Below are positions 63,001-64,000 of a DNA stretch of 64,000 nucleotides, in pieces. The stretch is from Eledone cirrhosa. Taxonomy: Eukaryota. Within the stretch, counting starts at the first letter, position 1, and the number at the start of each line of letters is the position of its first letter. The stretch is from positions 110,794,001 to 110,858,000 of the forward strand of contig OZ024744.1 in assembly GCA_964016885.1 (NCBI GenBank). The letters are read 5' to 3'. The notes under the pieces were generated by a model, which ran no database searches, had not been told where the DNA came from, and was given only the letters and a program-made list of their open reading frames with translations. Made by a program: the position numbers and the translations under genes.

Positions 63001-64000
63001 ACATTGCCCTGAACACAGTAAATCTAATTAATTCACTACAAACTTACCTTGCCCTGAACACAGTAAAACTACACAATACACTATACCTAAAATCTAATTA
63101 ATGCACTACAAACTTACCTTGCCCTGAACACAGTAAAACTACACAATCCACTATAAATTACCTTGCCCTGAACACAGTAAAACTACACAATCCACTATAA
63201 CTTAACTGGCCCTGAACACAGTAAAACTACACAATCCACCATACCTTACCTTGCCCTGAACACAGTAAAATTACACAATCCACTATAACTTAACTGGCCC
63301 TGAACACAGTAAACTACAGAATCCACTATAACTAACCTTGCCCAGAACAAATTAAAACTACGTAATCCATTATACCTTACCTTGCCCTGAACACAGTAAA
63401 ACTAAACAATCCACTATAGCTTACATTGCTCTGAACACAGTAAAACTACACAATCCACTATAGCCTACCTTGCCCTGAACACAGTAAAACTACGTAATCC
63501 ACTATAACTTACCTTGCCCTGAACACAGTAAAACTACAGAATCCACTATAACTTACCTTGCCCAGAACAAAGTAAAACTACGTAATCCACTATAACTTAC
63601 CTTGCCCTGAACACAGTAAAACTACACAATCCACTATAGCTTACCTTGCCCTGAAAACACTGAAACTACACAATCCACTATAACTTACCTTGCCCTGATC
63701 ACAGGAAATCTACAGAATCACTATAACTTTTTTTGCCCTGAACACAGTAAAACTACACAAACCACTATAAATTACCTTGCTCTAAACACAGTAAAGCTAG
63801 ACAATCCACTATAACTTTCCTTGCCCTGAACACAGTAAAACTACACAATCCACTATAACTTAACTGGCCCTGAACACAGTAAAACTACACAATCCACTAT
63901 AACTTAACTGGCCCTGAACCCACTAAACTACAGAATCCACTATAACTTACCTTGTTCTGAACACAGGAAAACTACACATTCCTCTATAACTTAACTGGCC

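Larger units (their letters stand above)
1..64000. repeat. 44-bp-monomer satellite DNA array (~1,450-1,460 head-to-tail copies, single orientation, extends beyond both window ends)
   Basis: Monomer starts at 1, 45, 88 and 132, and the same unit continues to base 64000. Consensus is TACCTTGCCCTGAACACAGTAAAACTACACAATCCACTATAACT. Most copies differ from it by a few substitutions, and recurrent 43-bp variants occur. No non-satellite sequence was seen. Confidence 0.99.

Noticed and set aside
1-64000. CRISPR array
   Set aside because: Units are directly adjacent with no unique spacers, variation is point substitution within one monomer, and there are no cas genes or leader.
1-64000. Repetitive protein-coding ORF (unspliced)
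   Set aside because: 44 is not a multiple of 3, so frames rotate every monomer. The consensus has TGA/TAA on + and TAA/TAG on -, so every frame closes within about three monomers.
1-64000. Telomeric repeat or G-quadruplex (CCCTGA = TCAGGG variant on the - strand)
   Set aside because: There is only one hexamer and one G3 run per 44 bp, never in tandem, so the spacing is too wide for a telomere tract or canonical G4.
1-64000. TATA-box-like TATAA/TATAAAT in each monomer
   Set aside because: It is a short AT-rich motif expected by chance, with no downstream gene or other promoter evidence.
1-64000. Assignment to a named satellite family, CENP-B box or functional centromere
   Set aside because: I do not recognise the monomer, there is no TTCG..CGGG box, and centromere function cannot be inferred without database or ChIP data.
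1-64000. Hidden inversion, transposon or unique island within the array
   Set aside because: Reading through the window, I found no G/T-rich reverse-oriented monomers or non-satellite stretches. Insertions of only a few bases could have been missed.

Overview
The whole 64 kb window is one uninterrupted, head-to-tail satellite DNA array. The monomer is 44 bp, with + strand consensus TACCTTGCCCTGAACACAGTAAAACTACACAATCCACTATAACT (17 A, 14 C, 10 T, 3 G, no CpG), present in roughly 1,450-1,460 copies and running off both ends. I saw no genes, RNA genes, transposon insertions, inversions or unique sequence. This is typical of eukaryotic heterochromatic (pericentromeric or subtelomeric) satellite, but I cannot name the family or organism. 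Diagnostic variant monomers reveal a nested higher-order structure: 2-3-mer slippage, a recurrent 8-mer (352 bp), and ~3, 4.2, 5, 6.3 and 10.8 kb duplications. There is a change of variant set near 38.45 kb and an apparent age gradient, with the right end older and more diverged. The most unusual observation is that, on the - strand, each consensus monomer reads as a 38-nt GT..AG mini-intron with a near-perfect donor (AAG|GTAAGT) and acceptor (TTTTACTGTGTTCAG|G) flanking a 6-nt micro-exon (GGCAAG). Any function for this is untested. All offsets were counted by eye from marker variants, so duplication breakpoints are approximate.
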